Of a stretch of 64,000 nucleotides of DNA, positions 1 to 9,992 are shown piece by piece (within the stretch, counting starts at the first letter, position 1; the number at the start of each line of letters is the position of its first letter). The position numbers and the translations under genes were made by a program. The DNA lies in NCBI GenBank assembly GCA_965214835.1, contig CBDCCK010000002.1, positions 1,728,001 through 1,792,000 of the forward strand. Direction: 5' to 3'. A model generated the notes under the pieces. That model was not told where the DNA came from. It saw nothing but the letters and a program-made list of their open reading frames with translations, and searched no databases. This DNA comes from Nitrosopumilaceae archaeon. GTDB lineage: Archaea; Thermoproteota; Nitrososphaeria; Nitrososphaerales; Nitrosopumilaceae.

Positions 1-613
1 TGCATCCCCTGGACTGCACCTCGTTTATTGCCCCGATAAAGTCTGTAAGCACATACCAGTCGTTCTGTTCCATGTCCTTGATGGCGTGGAACTCGTCTAA
101 CAGAAACACCGCGCCCTGGTATCCTCCCTCCTCTATGGTGCTCCATTTCTGCAACAGGTACTCTGTAATCTGATCCTCCAAGGATGCCTTGGCGTTGAGG
201 GCATATGATGGCTCGTACGAAACCACCCCCAACAATCCTACGTTTGCCGGCTTGATATAATCTGCAGCGGCGCGAATCCTCCTCTTGGCCTTCTCCGTCT
301 TGGAAAACGTCCCAATTACCCTGTCCAGATCGTACTGGATGGATCTGAAGAATTCTTCTGGTTTGGAGTATTTTGTACTGTACTGCAGCCTCACTATGGG
401 CAGGAAGTCCTCGTCTATGCACATCTGGACTAGCCTGTGCAGGAGTACGGTCTTTCCAACCCCGCGGAGGCCATACATGAGGATGTTTTCCATCCTTCCC
501 ACCTTGAGGCCACGGAGCAGCTGCAGGAACCTGTCAACCTCCTCGTCCCTCCCTGCCATGTATGGCGGATACAGTCCTGCACCCGGCTTGAAGGGGTTGG
601 TATGGTTAGACAT
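1..613 (-). CDS. P-loop AAA-family ATPase (archaeal ATPase/AAA_16-like), 3' end runs off the window
   Basis: Not in the ORF track because no stop lies in the window. Read by hand from ATG at 613: MSNHTNPFKPGAGLYPPYMAGRDEEVDRF...YGLRGVGKT (Walker A)...VFLLDEFH (Walker B). The NPF-P-AG...GR N-terminus is typical of this family. Confidence 0.8.
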   Translation of the reverse strand, partial: MSNHTNPFKPGAGLYPPYMAGRDEEVDRFLQLLRGLKVGRMENILMYGLRGVGKTVLLHRLVQMCIDEDFLPIVRLQYSTKYSKPEEFFRSIQYDLDRVIGTFSKTEKAKRRIRAAADYIKPANVGLLGVVSYEPSYALNAKASLEDQITEYLLQKWSTIEEGGYQGAVFLLDEFHAIKDMEQNDWYVLTDFIGAINEVQSRGC

Positions 614-748
614 TGCCTTATTGTGCTAGGAGTAACTGGGTATAAAACTGATGCAACGATCAGCAGTTCTGGGATCCAAAAAGCAGTTTGCCTCACTTGC
701 CTGACATCATACCTCTCAACGAAGCGCAACCATGATTTGGATCAAACT

Positions 749-866
749 CAGTCTTCCCAGTTCCCCGCAAAGCGGCTCCAAACTCGAAATTGTTCAAGCT
801 AATTTGCCTGCAGATCCGCATATGGCCGCCTGCGCAGCTATGATACAGATGCGTCTGAGAGGACTG
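749..866. mobile_element. MITE family C copy (~120 bp)
   Basis: Ends CAGTCTTCCCAG...CTGAGAGGACTG (imperfect inverted repeats). The internal cggctcc...gcctgcagatccgcat core is shared with copies at 6504, 36944 and 46769. Confidence 0.6.
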
Positions 867-1017
867 AAATCTGAGAAAAACACAAACCGGATCAACAGAT
901 ACACGATCCCATGATTTTTGTTGTACAAGTACATCCAATGCTATCACTGGCACAGGTAAGAGATCAGCAAGAAGAATGCTTCGTAGAAAGGAAACAGTAG
1001 AGGCCAAAACAAGCCAT

Positions 1018-1096
1018 TAGACCTCGTGCGTAATCGGTACAGATCAAAAAATCAGGCAGCTTTTGCGTCGTTTTTGGCAATTACGCATAAGGTCTA
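1018..1096. mobile_element. MITE family A (79 bp, TA-flanked, IS630/Tc1-like ends)
   Basis: TAGACCTCGTGCGTAAT...ATTACGCATAAGGTCTA inverted ends. Sister copies at 8975-9054 and a half copy at 4766-4812. Confidence 0.75.
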
Positions 1097-1332
1097 TCTA
1101 CTAGTCTAGATTACATTTGAATTATTTTAGTTGCAACTAGCTTATCTTCTGTTTTATCATAAGTGTACTTGATGGCGTATGACGAGTTTTTTACTTTAAC
1201 TAACATGCTTAATTTTTTAATGTTAAGAAGTCTAGTTGCTGATATAAACGCCTTTTCTGCCGAAATAAAATTACCCAAAATTATCTTGGCTTTTCTCTCT
1301 CCTACTAGAATTAATTGATCATTAAAAAGTTT

Positions 1333-2967
1333 GTATGAGGTCACCTACCCCTCACAATAGGGTAAACATTACTGACGGTGCTGATCCTTATACTATGATC
1401 GCGTAGACTAGGCATTGTGAAAGGTCAGCTCTCCGCATGCTACGAGATCGAGGCATCTACAGCATCGCCCACGGAGACGATAAGGAATCTAAAAAAGGAC
1501 CTCAAGGAGCGTGACAATATCATTGAGGAGCAGGGCAGGACCATTGAAAGGCTAAACAAGACACTTGAAAAGCGCGACAAGACCATCAGGGAGCAGGACA
1601 ACCGGCTCCGGTACTACGAGAACGAGAACTCGCCCCCGTCGGCAGACTCGCTGGAGTGGAAGAGGCAAAAGGCGCAGAGGAGAAAGGAGAGGGCCCGGCC
1701 CGATGCTGCAGCCGGGGAGGACGGCACCGGGGAGGACAGAAAAAAGCCCGGCGGCCAGAAGGGCCACAAGGGCGTATCGCGCACCCACCGGCCCACCAGG
1801 GTACAGAAACACTGCTTTCCGGGTGGACGGGCGCCGGAGTGCAAGTGCGGCACCACCACAGAGATCATGAAAAAGCCGCAGGTGCGCGACATGATAGGAT
1901 TCAAGATAAAGTACACCGAGACGCGCCACGAGACACAGAGGGCAGTGTGCCCGAAATGCGGCACCATGCATACGGCCCCCGACGGCCTGCCCCGATGCGG
2001 CAGCTATGACACGAGCGTGGTCACAGCCGTCACAAAGCTGCGCAGCGAGGGCGTCCCACACAACAGGATCCCGGGTATAATGTCAGATATCCTGGGCGTG
2101 CACATGTCAAAGTCAACTGCAATCAACAGCATAGGACGCGTCTGCGACGCCGCAAAGGCGCCTGCCGAGGCCATCGCAGAGGAGGTAAGAAGCTCAAAGA
2201 CGGTCTGCATAGACGAGACGGGGATCAACCTGGCAGGCAGGCTGGGATGGGCGTGGGCCATGCTGTCGGCGGTGGGCGTGTTCATGATATATGCAGACAC
2301 CAGGAGCGCCCGGATCCTGGACCAGTACATGGGCGGGTACGGGGGCGTCGTCACATCGGACGGATATCCCGCATACAAGAGGTTCGGGCTGCTGGGAAGG
2401 CTCCAGCGGTGCTGGGCGCACGAGCTGCGGTTCCTCCTGTATGGCTCGCAGAAAAAGGGCGCCCTGCTGTTTGCAGGAGTCCTGTACCGGCAGATGCAGC
2501 AGCTGTTCAAGGATGCCAGGGAGTGTCTTGAGGGCTGGGACAAGCTGTCCGGGGAGGATCTCCGGGAGCTCGAGGAGAGGACGGGGATAAGCAGTGCCGA
2601 CGGACTGATGGGGCGGCACTCGCCGGAGCTGCGCCGGCGGTTTGAGACCAACATGCAGAACATGCTGTTCGGATACGTTGGTGCGTGGGGCGGCCCGCTG
2701 GAGCCCCTCCTCAAGAGGATGCACAGGGCCCTGCCGTGCATGTTTGCGTTTCTGGAATACGAGGGTGTCGAGCCGACCAACAATGGTGCAGAGCGGGCGC
2801 TGCGCCCCGTCGTACTTCAATTCAAGATAAGCGGCCAGATCAAGGGAGGCCTGGTCTGGACGGAAAGGCATGGATGGCTCAATACATGCGTGTCGACATG
2901 GAAGCTGCAGGGCAAGTCCATCATGGATGAGGTGGCCAAAATAATCTAGGGGTAGGTGACCACATAC
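1333..2967 (+). mobile_element. IS66-family element (single-ORF type)
   Basis: TIRs GTATGAGGTCACCTACCCCT / AGGGGTAGGTGACCACATAC; perfect 8-bp TSD AAAAGTTT at 1325-1332 and 2968-2975. Confidence 0.95.
1417..2949 (+). CDS. IS66-family transposase
   Basis: Coiled-coil N-terminus, NSPPS, KKPGGQKGHKG, Zn finger (CPKCG), DETG, SDGY, QRCWAH and PTNNGAERALRP motifs. Confidence 0.93.
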   Translation: MKGQLSACYEIEASTASPTETIRNLKKDLKERDNIIEEQGRTIERLNKTLEKRDKTIREQDNRLRYYENENSPPSADSLEWKRQKAQRRKERARPDAAAGEDGTGEDRKKPGGQKGHKGVSRTHRPTRVQKHCFPGGRAPECKCGTTTEIMKKPQVRDMIGFKIKYTETRHETQRAVCPKCGTMHTAPDGLPRCGSYDTSVVTAVTKLRSEGVPHNRIPGIMSDILGVHMSKSTAINSIGRVCDAAKAPAEAIAEEVRSSKTVCIDETGINLAGRLGWAWAMLSAVGVFMIYADTRSARILDQYMGGYGGVVTSDGYPAYKRFGLLGRLQRCWAHELRFLLYGSQKKGALLFAGVLYRQMQQLFKDARECLEGWDKLSGEDLRELEERTGISSADGLMGRHSPELRRRFETNMQNMLFGYVGAWGGPLEPLLKRMHRALPCMFAFLEYEGVEPTNNGAERALRPVVLQFKISGQIKGGLVWTERHGWLNTCVSTWKLQGKSIMDEVAKII

Positions 2968-2992
2968 AAAAGTTTAGTTGGTGAGATGTGCT

Positions 2993-3106
2993 TCATCCAA
3001 AAAGTTCTTTAGATATCTCTTTTATAGCTTTCTTTGCGTTGGGATATGAACAAGCTATGACATCTTCGCCTTTTTGAAATTTATCGGTTTTTAGTATTGC
3101 TGCCAT
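2993..3106 (-). CDS. 37-aa small protein, probable antitoxin partner
   Basis: Read by hand: MAAILKTDKFQKGEDVIACSYPNAKKAIKEISKELFG*. AGGTGA Shine-Dalgarno-like motif upstream; the stop overlaps the toxin start. Confidence 0.45.
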   Translation of the reverse strand: MAAILKTDKFQKGEDVIACSYPNAKKAIKEISKELFG

Positions 3107-3476
3107 TTCAATCACCTTTTGTTATCAATATGGTATTATAAGATTGTAACTGATCAGGTTCTGGAAGCCTTTCCTGATTTTAGGCACAAAAGATTAGCTA
3201 TTTTTACGCGCTCAGGTACGTGATGCAGCAAGCTACGTAATCGACAGGATCGAAATATTCCGACGGCGGGCCGGCTGCACATGAAGGCTGACGGCATCAC
3301 ACGACGTGCACAAGGGCGGCAGAGTCCGCGTACCGTGCAGCTACAAGCCTGTCTGGCTGGCAAAAACTGCAATGTCATGCGGCATCGTGTGGCGCTGGCT
3401 CTGCTGCACTGTCTCTTGTAGCCGGAGTGCCGGGGACACCACCGCTAACTTCGTTTACGTATAAGGCTTGGTTTTC

Positions 3477-3655
3477 TCATAGATTTTTGTAATAATTCTC
3501 AATTTTCTTTGCCATCAATGCACGTCTCTGTTCAAGAAATTCGTGGTAATCATCCAAGGACATTGTAAAAACAGACTCTGGAATGCAGTTTTGCTTCATG
3601 TTTTCTTTAAGTGAATCAAGACTGGTAATTCCCCCATAAGTTAATTTTCCGTTAT
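3477..3655 (-). pseudogene. C-terminal fragment of a DUF262 (GmrSD-like) restriction protein, 5' part removed at an IS630 end
   Basis: Hand translation NGKLTYGGITSLDSLKENMKQNCIPESVFTMSLDDYHEFLEQRRALMAKKIENYYKNL* matches the typical ...IP...DDY-EFL--RR-LM---I tail of DUF262 proteins. Confidence 0.6.
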
Positions 3656-4765
3656 TATAGCAACGAGCATAAGTCTTTGAGCCAAAACAAGGTCATTCGA
3701 AAGGTATAATGATCACGTAACTGGCGCAGTATGTATGACAAAAGAAACAGACATTCTGTCAGAGGCCATGCGCAAAGAAAAGGATGTCAAAGTCTACAAG
3801 AAGATCATGGCGCTGATGTTTGTGCTAGAAGACGACATGGGCGTACCCGAGACTGCAAGAAAGATCCGGTGCAGTGAGAATTCCGTGCGCAACTGGCTGG
3901 CGAGGTTTTCGGAGGGCGGCATAGACGGTCTCCGGGATCTTCCCCGTTCCGGATGCAGACCAAAGGTGGACAGAGAAAGTATTGCAGCCATAATGGATCT
4001 GTCCACTGCATGCAAAAGTACCGATGTCATGACGGTACGCGATGACATAAGGAATGCCACCGGGATAGAATACAGCATAGAGCATGTCCGAAGACTGATG
4101 TGCCAGCACGGCCTGTCGCGCCGCAAGGTGCAAAACATACATGTCAACCATGCCACCCCAAGCTCGGTATACTCGTGGCAGCGATACCTTGAAAACGTGC
4201 GGATTCCGTGCCTGAAAAACGACGGTTTTACGCTGGTGTCATCTGATGAGGCGTTCTTCGTGCAGGGCGCATACGACAGATACGTGTGGGGTCCGGTCGG
4301 CACCAGAAGCGTGGCATCGTATTCGGGGGACCACACAAAGGTGGCCGTGTTTGGAAGCATCGCAGAAGACGGCAGAAGGCTATTCAGGACGTTTACGGGA
4401 TCGTTTACGTCGGTGCAGTTCATAGAATGTCTGGAGGCGCTGCGCATCAAGTTTGGCAAGGTTGCAGTCTTTTGCGATAGGTGGAGTGTGCACAGATCTA
4501 CTGATGTCGCAGAATATCTGGCGGGCCATCCCGACGTCAGACTGATAATGATTCCGAAAGGATCGCCGTACCTCAATATCGTGGAAGAATGCTGGAACCT
4601 GGGCAAACATTTTGTTTTCAGGGGGATAGTGTACAGAAGGATCAGCGAGCTGCGGCACACCATATCCGAATATTATAGGACGGTGTCATTTGCCCACCTT
4701 TGCATGTACAAGTACATTTACAGATCGCCGGTCAAAGCCCTCAATTACTTGTGACCGTTGCTATA
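3656..4765 (+). mobile_element. IS630-family element, type A copy 1
   Basis: TA|TAGCAACG...CGTTGC-TA|TA ends with TA duplication; near-identical to 37353-38464. Confidence 0.9.
3735..4754 (+). CDS. IS630-family transposase
   Basis: HTH (GLRDLPRSG), DE at SSDEAFF, FCD, and SPYLNIVEECW motifs. Confidence 0.9.
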   Translation: MTKETDILSEAMRKEKDVKVYKKIMALMFVLEDDMGVPETARKIRCSENSVRNWLARFSEGGIDGLRDLPRSGCRPKVDRESIAAIMDLSTACKSTDVMTVRDDIRNATGIEYSIEHVRRLMCQHGLSRRKVQNIHVNHATPSSVYSWQRYLENVRIPCLKNDGFTLVSSDEAFFVQGAYDRYVWGPVGTRSVASYSGDHTKVAVFGSIAEDGRRLFRTFTGSFTSVQFIECLEALRIKFGKVAVFCDRWSVHRSTDVAEYLAGHPDVRLIMIPKGSPYLNIVEECWNLGKHFVFRGIVYRRISELRHTISEYYRTVSFAHLCMYKYIYRSPVKALNYL

Positions 4766-4938
4766 AAAGCTGCCTGGTTTTTTTGATCTGCACCGATTAC
4801 GCACAAGGTCTAATGAAGGAAGATGAACAGGTTCTCAAATTTGATGCAGAATTCGGCACAACAAGATCTAAGACAAATTGAAAACAAGGTGACGCAAGAT
4901 GCGGTTCTGCGTGCGATGATTGGGACATATTGAGAAAA

Positions 4939-5855
4939 TCAGCGTAAATTCATAATGTTGTTTTCGGTTACAAATTTCTTTAATTTTGGCTCCACTTGCA
5001 TGAATGCCTCTACCACGCCTTCGAATGTCTTTCTCTTTAGAACGCAGTCGGGGCTTATCCTCTCTTTTATGGATTCAGGAGCATTTGCCACCACGTATCC
5101 AAACCGCACTAATTTTAGCATGGAAATGTCAATCTCGCTGTCGCCTATGGCCATGGTGTTTTGGAACTTTATGCCACTCTGATACATGAAAGACGTCAGT
5201 GCATATCCCTTGTTGACTCCAGCCTTGTGCATATGCAAGAATCGCTTGCTTGCTTGAACCTCCACGTCTAGATGTTCGTTTGTGATTATCTTTCTAATCT
5301 TTTCCAACAAACGTTCTGGAACCAGATCAACAATCACCTCGGTTTCACTTGATACGCCTGCTTTTTTGAATGATTTTCTTTGATCCCTGTTTAGTTTTGC
5401 CCTTATCTGCCTGTATGCCTTTTCACAGGCATCTTTATCCCCTAATTTCTCTTTGATTTTGCATTTGTGTATGATTAATCCCCCGTTTTCTGCTATTGCG
5501 CGGTGCTGCGTTTTACACATGCCAATGACATCTACTACCTTCTCCTGTGGCCTGCCGGAAATTAAAAAGATCTTGTGGCCCAGCCGCTTCATCTCTTTAA
5601 ACACGGGCTCACACCTGGTGTCGGGAAGATCTGATCTTTCGTCAGTTATCGTACTGTCAATGTCAAGAAAGCAGGAGAACTTCTTCCTCCCATCTGTTTT
5701 CTGCGCTTGCGAACAATTTTATTTTTTCTAATTAGGCCGGATCTGTGATATGCTTTTTTGTCTATTACCAAATCTGTGACTATTCCGTCTTTTACAACAA
5801 GTTGTTTTAGGAATGGAGAACCAACTATGTCATGGAGTGTGTGAGGCATGGACAA
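4939..5855 (-). pseudogene. HAD-IIB (Cof/phosphoglycolate phosphatase-like) hydrolase with a 1-nt frameshift near 5690
   Basis: ORF 4939-5604 has ISGR, ENGG, GVNKG and AIGDSEIDISM. Motif I (CFLDIDSTIT) lies upstream in the same frame, but that frame has no start before a TAA. The ORF 5646-5855 frame carries ATG GG/AGG AAG, one G short of joining. Confidence 0.7.
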
Positions 5856-5873
5856 TTTGTTATGAAAGGCAGC

Positions 5874-6155
5874 TTACTCTGCCCCTACAACCGTAGCAAT
5901 CTTTGATACGTGCAGTGATTTGTTTTTGGCTTTTAGGTTCCTGACCGCACGTTTTATCTTTTCAAGTCCGTGCTCCGTGGTGACTATGGTTCCACCAACG
6001 CAGTACTTTATGCCCTGAATTTCTTCGTCAGTCAGATAGGCCTCTGTTACGTCGTCTACTTTGATTAGCGCATCGCGTAGTAAGGTGCATGTTGCGTGAT
6101 CCTCAGAGCATCTTAGAAGCACCGTCGCATCCAATAATTTTTCCTTGCCGCTCAT
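5874..6155 (-). CDS. Small hypothetical protein, possibly a Lrp/AsnC ligand-binding (ferredoxin-like) domain
   Basis: 93-aa ORF co-oriented with the HAD gene; VLLRC...VTEAY pattern resembles the AsnC C-terminal domain. Confidence 0.45.
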   Translation of the reverse strand: MSGKEKLLDATVLLRCSEDHATCTLLRDALIKVDDVTEAYLTDEEIQGIKYCVGGTIVTTEHGLEKIKRAVRNLKAKNKSLHVSKIATVVGAE

Positions 6156-6396
6156 TTTGCATCTTCCCCTGAAGAGATATCAAATTGACTTTTCTGCATC
6201 AAGTACGTTTTTCTCCCGTAATTCATACGTGTATTGTTACAAGGAGGTAATAAGAAAGTGTTTTCCCAGATTACGCATTTTGATCTTTGGGACTTTGTGT
6301 TATAACTAGAAGTTGAAACACGTGTTGCCGTCTTCCCACGTTGTGCCACCAATACGAAGGCATTGTTCCCGTATATAAAACCGATGTAATAGACTT

Positions 6397-6623
6397 TCAG
6401 GTCGGGCTCTGGAAGCTGCTCCTGATTTTAGGCACGAGTCTACACGGGAGGCCCTCCCCGAGATGGCAAAATTCGCGCCTGAACTTCCAGAGCCCGGCCT
6501 GTTACCTTCACAGATGTAACCCGACTCGTGGCGGTGCAGACGGTGATGTGTGGATCTGCAGGTGGCCCAGCTTGAATTGCTTCGAATCTGGAGCTGTTTT
6601 GTGTGGTACTTTTGGAAAGACTG
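6397..6623. mobile_element. Stacked MITEs: family D (~6397-6506) abutting family C (~6504-6623)
   Basis: cctgaacttccagagcccggcctgttacc matches the family D end at 19382-19491; ggatctgcagg...tacttttggaaagactg is the reverse of the family C core. Confidence 0.65.
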
Positions 6624-6769
6624 CCCGTATAACATAATTTATATTTCCAGCATTTTTCTATACAACAATCCAATGACTATCACTAAAACCAAGGAAAACC
6701 TCCCCGCGCAACCACAATCCCGCTCTGGGCACCGCCTTCAGTCAGCCGAGTCCCGCCGAGGGCACGTGC

Positions 6770-6892
6770 CTATGCAACTATGGCCTTTACCTTAGTTACA
6801 GCGTGCTTGGAGATTTCCTGATGCATTTTTGCGTACCCCTCCTCCCTGAACGAGAGGTTGCATCTAAAACACTTCCAAACTGTGTCTGCCAC
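6770..6892 (-). CDS. 40-aa C2H2 zinc-finger protein
   Basis: GTG start; MADTVWKCFRCNLSFREEGYAKMHQEISKH contains C-x2-C-x12-H-x5-H. Confidence 0.7.
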   Translation of the reverse strand: MADTVWKCFRCNLSFREEGYAKMHQEISKHAVTKVKAIVA

Positions 6893-7138
6893 GCATAGAA
6901 TAGGCCATTTTTGAATATAAAGATATTGCACGATTGATCTTTTTTCTTCAATTACATGATCAGCCCCCAAAAAAATATGCAATTTTTTCAACTATGCATG
7001 ACCTTTCATGAAAATTTTCGGGGCTAGGATGCCAACGATGATTTAGGGCACTGTCATGTGGCAAGCTGGAACGGCTTTATGGTGCCATCTAGCAGGATGC
7101 CAACAATGATTTAGAGCGCTGCTGTGTGGAAAACAGTG

Positions 7139-7759
7139 ATGGCGGATTTTTTTGAGACGTTTGCAGAGCACTCGTATCTTGGAATCTTTCTTGCACTAGT
7201 CGGCATAAACGCGGCACCACTTCTGATGCCGCCGTCCTGGATTGTCTTGGCGTCATTTCATGCGATGGATCCCGCACTCGATCCGGCAGTCCTTGCAGTG
7301 GTCGGGGCAACAGGAGCCACGGCGGGGCGCTTTGTCCTAAAGCACATCAGCGGGGTCTTCCGAAGGTTTGCAGGCCGGGAGCAAAGGGCCAACCTTGATA
7401 CAATTGGAGGCTTTTTGAACAAAAAGCGCTACGGCTACATACTGGCATCCTTTCTCTTTGCCGCAACCCCGCTTCCCAGCAACATGCTGTTTGTGGCATA
7501 CGGACTGATGGGGGCCAAAAGCGTAGGGCTGTATGCCGGCTTTTGGCTTGGCAGGGTCCTGTCCTACTATGTGATGCTTTCAGTCAGCAGCATTGTGCTG
7601 GCCCCGTTCCTGCAGTTGTTCGAGGATCGATACGTGGGCATTCTTGTCGCCGACGGCATAGGAATCGGCGCGGTGGTCTTTTTTGCATCCATCAACTGGG
7701 GGGTGTTGATTACGGAGAGAAAGCTCAGGTTTGTAAGGCCAAGACTGTGGAGGTTCTGA
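7139..7759 (+). CDS. Membrane protein, DedA/SNARE-associated (VTT)-like
   Basis: Several hydrophobic helices; GATGATAGRF and ATPLPS motifs. Confidence 0.7.
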   Translation: MADFFETFAEHSYLGIFLALVGINAAPLLMPPSWIVLASFHAMDPALDPAVLAVVGATGATAGRFVLKHISGVFRRFAGREQRANLDTIGGFLNKKRYGYILASFLFAATPLPSNMLFVAYGLMGAKSVGLYAGFWLGRVLSYYVMLSVSSIVLAPFLQLFEDRYVGILVADGIGIGAVVFFASINWGVLITERKLRFVRPRLWRF

Positions 7760-8385
7760 TGAGCAGGCTGGACTCGATCAAGCGCGAAATCAGTACCCTG
7801 CCGCAGGGCGATCCCGCACATGATGCCTCCCACATTCTACGTGTCTACAAAAACGCAGAGCTGCTGTGCAAAAAGGAAAAGGTCGACCCCGAGCTGGTGC
7901 TGGCCTCGGTGCTGCTGCACGACATAGTCTCCTTTAAAAAGTCGGATCCCAGAAACAGGTCGGCCTCTGGCAGGAGCGCCGCCCGGGCCAGGCAAATACT
8001 GAGAAAACACGGCTACAGCCGGGGCGAGATTGCGATCATCTCTGACGCGGTACGGGATCACAGCTTTTCAAAAAATACGAGGCCAAAAACTATCGAGGGA
8101 CGGATCCTGCAGGATGCCGACCGCCTGGATGCCATCGGCGCCATAGGGATTGCCAGGGCCTTTGCCGTCGGCGGCTCAGAGAACAGGTCGCTGTACAACT
8201 CAGATGATCCCTTTTGCAAGGGCCGCAAGCCCGATGATGGCAAGTGGACTCTGGATCATTTCTACCGGAAACTGCTGAGGCTTGAGGGGCTGATGAATAC
8301 CGGAACCGGCAAATCCATTGCCCGGCAGAGGACCGACACTCTCAAGGGCTTTCTTGAGCAGCTAGGGCGGGAGATTTCCAGCTAG
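7759..8385 (+). CDS. HD-domain metal-dependent phosphohydrolase
   Basis: AHDASHILRV, LLHDI and LQDADRLDAIGAIGIAR motifs; ATG overlaps the upstream TGA. Confidence 0.9.
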   Translation: MSRLDSIKREISTLPQGDPAHDASHILRVYKNAELLCKKEKVDPELVLASVLLHDIVSFKKSDPRNRSASGRSAARARQILRKHGYSRGEIAIISDAVRDHSFSKNTRPKTIEGRILQDADRLDAIGAIGIARAFAVGGSENRSLYNSDDPFCKGRKPDDGKWTLDHFYRKLLRLEGLMNTGTGKSIARQRTDTLKGFLEQLGREISS

Positions 8386-8605
8386 GTTGAGCGTGCCATG
8401 ACCGGGGCCTAAAGCCAACAGATGCAGGCGGTGTTGGCAGCCCTGGCATAGTCAACTCATAAAAAAATAGATAGTTTTGACAATTGCTTTTGGCCCAAGG
8501 GTCTGGGATCAGGCAAACCGTACGCACATGCATGGAAAAACAGAGAGTTCGCAACATCAGGGAGCAGATTCCTGCCAGGCAAGGCACCCATGCCTTTGCA
8601 GGGCG

Positions 8606-8688
8606 TATAGCAACGAGCAGAAATAATTGAGGTTTTTTACGTGTAGTTATGACCTACTTTGACTCAAAGACTTCTGCCCGTTGCTATA
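8606..8688. mobile_element. MITE family B (83 bp), non-autonomous derivative of IS630 type A
   Basis: TATAGCAACGAGCAGAA...TTCTGCCCGTTGCTATA; the ends match the IS630-A TIRs. Confidence 0.85.
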
Positions 8689-8692
8689 CTAG

Positions 8693-8806
8693 ACCGGCAA
8701 AAGGGAACGCGGCAGGCTGCCGTTGCGGTCAACTGAAAAGCGACTGGATGATGACTGCAGGGAACGTACCGGCAAAAGGGAACGCGGCAGGCTGCCGTTG
8801 CGGTCA
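8693..8806 (+). repeat. Two identical 39-bp direct repeats separated by 36 bp
   Basis: ACCGGCAAAAGGGAACGCGGCAGGCTGCCGTTGCGGTCA at 8693-8731 and 8768-8806. Confidence 0.9.
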
Positions 8807-9992
8807 GCCCGTCAGGCATCGGAACATCCTTACCGGAAGGATCTCGCGCCTGGCAAACAGCCCTCGCACGGACCGCTCCATGTCATCAAGAGTATCGAAT
8901 ATCCGGGCAGACATCCTTCGCTTTATCTCCCTGTACCGTATCTCGACGGGGTTGAGCTCCGGCGTGTACGGCAGTAGACTTTATGCGTAATCGACCTGAC
9001 TAAGATGAATTTGTTCATAATAATTCTAGATCTGGACCGATTACGCAAAGTCTAGTGTGTACTCGCAGTATTTCACCGTCGTACTTTTCCAGCGTCTCTT
9101 TCACGCCACCGGACTTGTGGTATGACGCATTGTCCAGGAATATCAGCACCTTGCCGTATCTTTCGTGCACCCTTTCTAAAAAGTCGCAAAAGCTGCCGGC
9201 GTTGGCCTTCTCATAGAACATAAAGTAGAATATGCCTGCTGCCAGCACGCCGAATATGTACCTGCGCTGCCGTGACAGGGACTAGGGCGTCGTGAGGCTC
9301 CTGCCGCGCTTTGTCCACCCGTATTTGGGGCTGTTTGAGGTCTTTTGGGTGGAGGACTCGTCTTCTGCCAGCACGGTAAATCCCTCTGCAGTCTTTTCCC
9401 TGATCAGCCTCTGTGCTGCCTCCTTGAACTCGTTTTGCTTGTGTTTTGAGACAGCCTTTGGGTTCTTTGGCCTTGATTTCTTCCAAGCGAACCCAAGCTC
9501 GTGTGCCAGCAGCCGCGTGCCGCTACTGTTGTACTGTATACCGAACTTCTTTCTGATGTGCCGCCTCATCAGGCGCGAGTCCCACAGGCTGCCCTCAAAG
9601 CCGCAGTCCCCGGGACCCGACTTGAGATCCTCGTCAAGCTGGCTCAGCTGCGACTCGCTCAGCTTGTGCTTGCGTCCCCTGCCTGCGCGCTCGTGTCTTG
9701 CGCGTATTCCCTCATCCTGTGCGCGGTTGAGCCACCGGGATATGGTGGAAGCTGCCCGGTCGAGGTTCTTTGCTATCTGTTCCGTACCGAGGCCGTCCTT
9801 GCGCTGCATGTATGCAAGCAGCCCGTCGCGTTCTCTCTTGTCAGCTGCCTTCTTGTACGCCTCGTGCAGGTAGGAGCGCCTTGTGTTTGGCAGGAACTCG
9901 TCTCCCGATGCCACGGATTCCTTTCTCTTTCTGTCTATGCATATGCGTATGCCTTGCCCGGTCTTAACCTTTGGATTAAAAATAGTTGCCAA
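8804..9992 (-). pseudogene. IS630-family transposase, frameshifted and interrupted by a MITE
   Basis: Pieces 9282-9992 (HTH, LAEDESS), 9015-9248 (FLDNASYH) and 8804-8974 (LPYTPELNPVE...). Confidence 0.85.
8975..9054. mobile_element. MITE family A inserted into an IS630 transposase gene
   Basis: TAGACTTTATGCGTAATCG...CGATTACGCAAAGTCTA, splitting the transposase just upstream of PYTPELN. Confidence 0.8.

Larger units (their letters stand above)
1111..2996 (-). pseudogene. RelE/ParE-like toxin gene (80 aa when rejoined) interrupted by IS66
   Basis: Joining 2996-2976 to 1332-1111 (removing the IS and one 8-bp TSD) gives MKHISPTKLFNDQLILVGERKAK...YAIKYTYDKTEDKLVATKIIQM. Its ATG overlaps the TGA of the upstream 37-aa ORF (ATGA). 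The RelE-like call rests on size and the N-/C-terminal pattern only. Confidence 0.55.
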
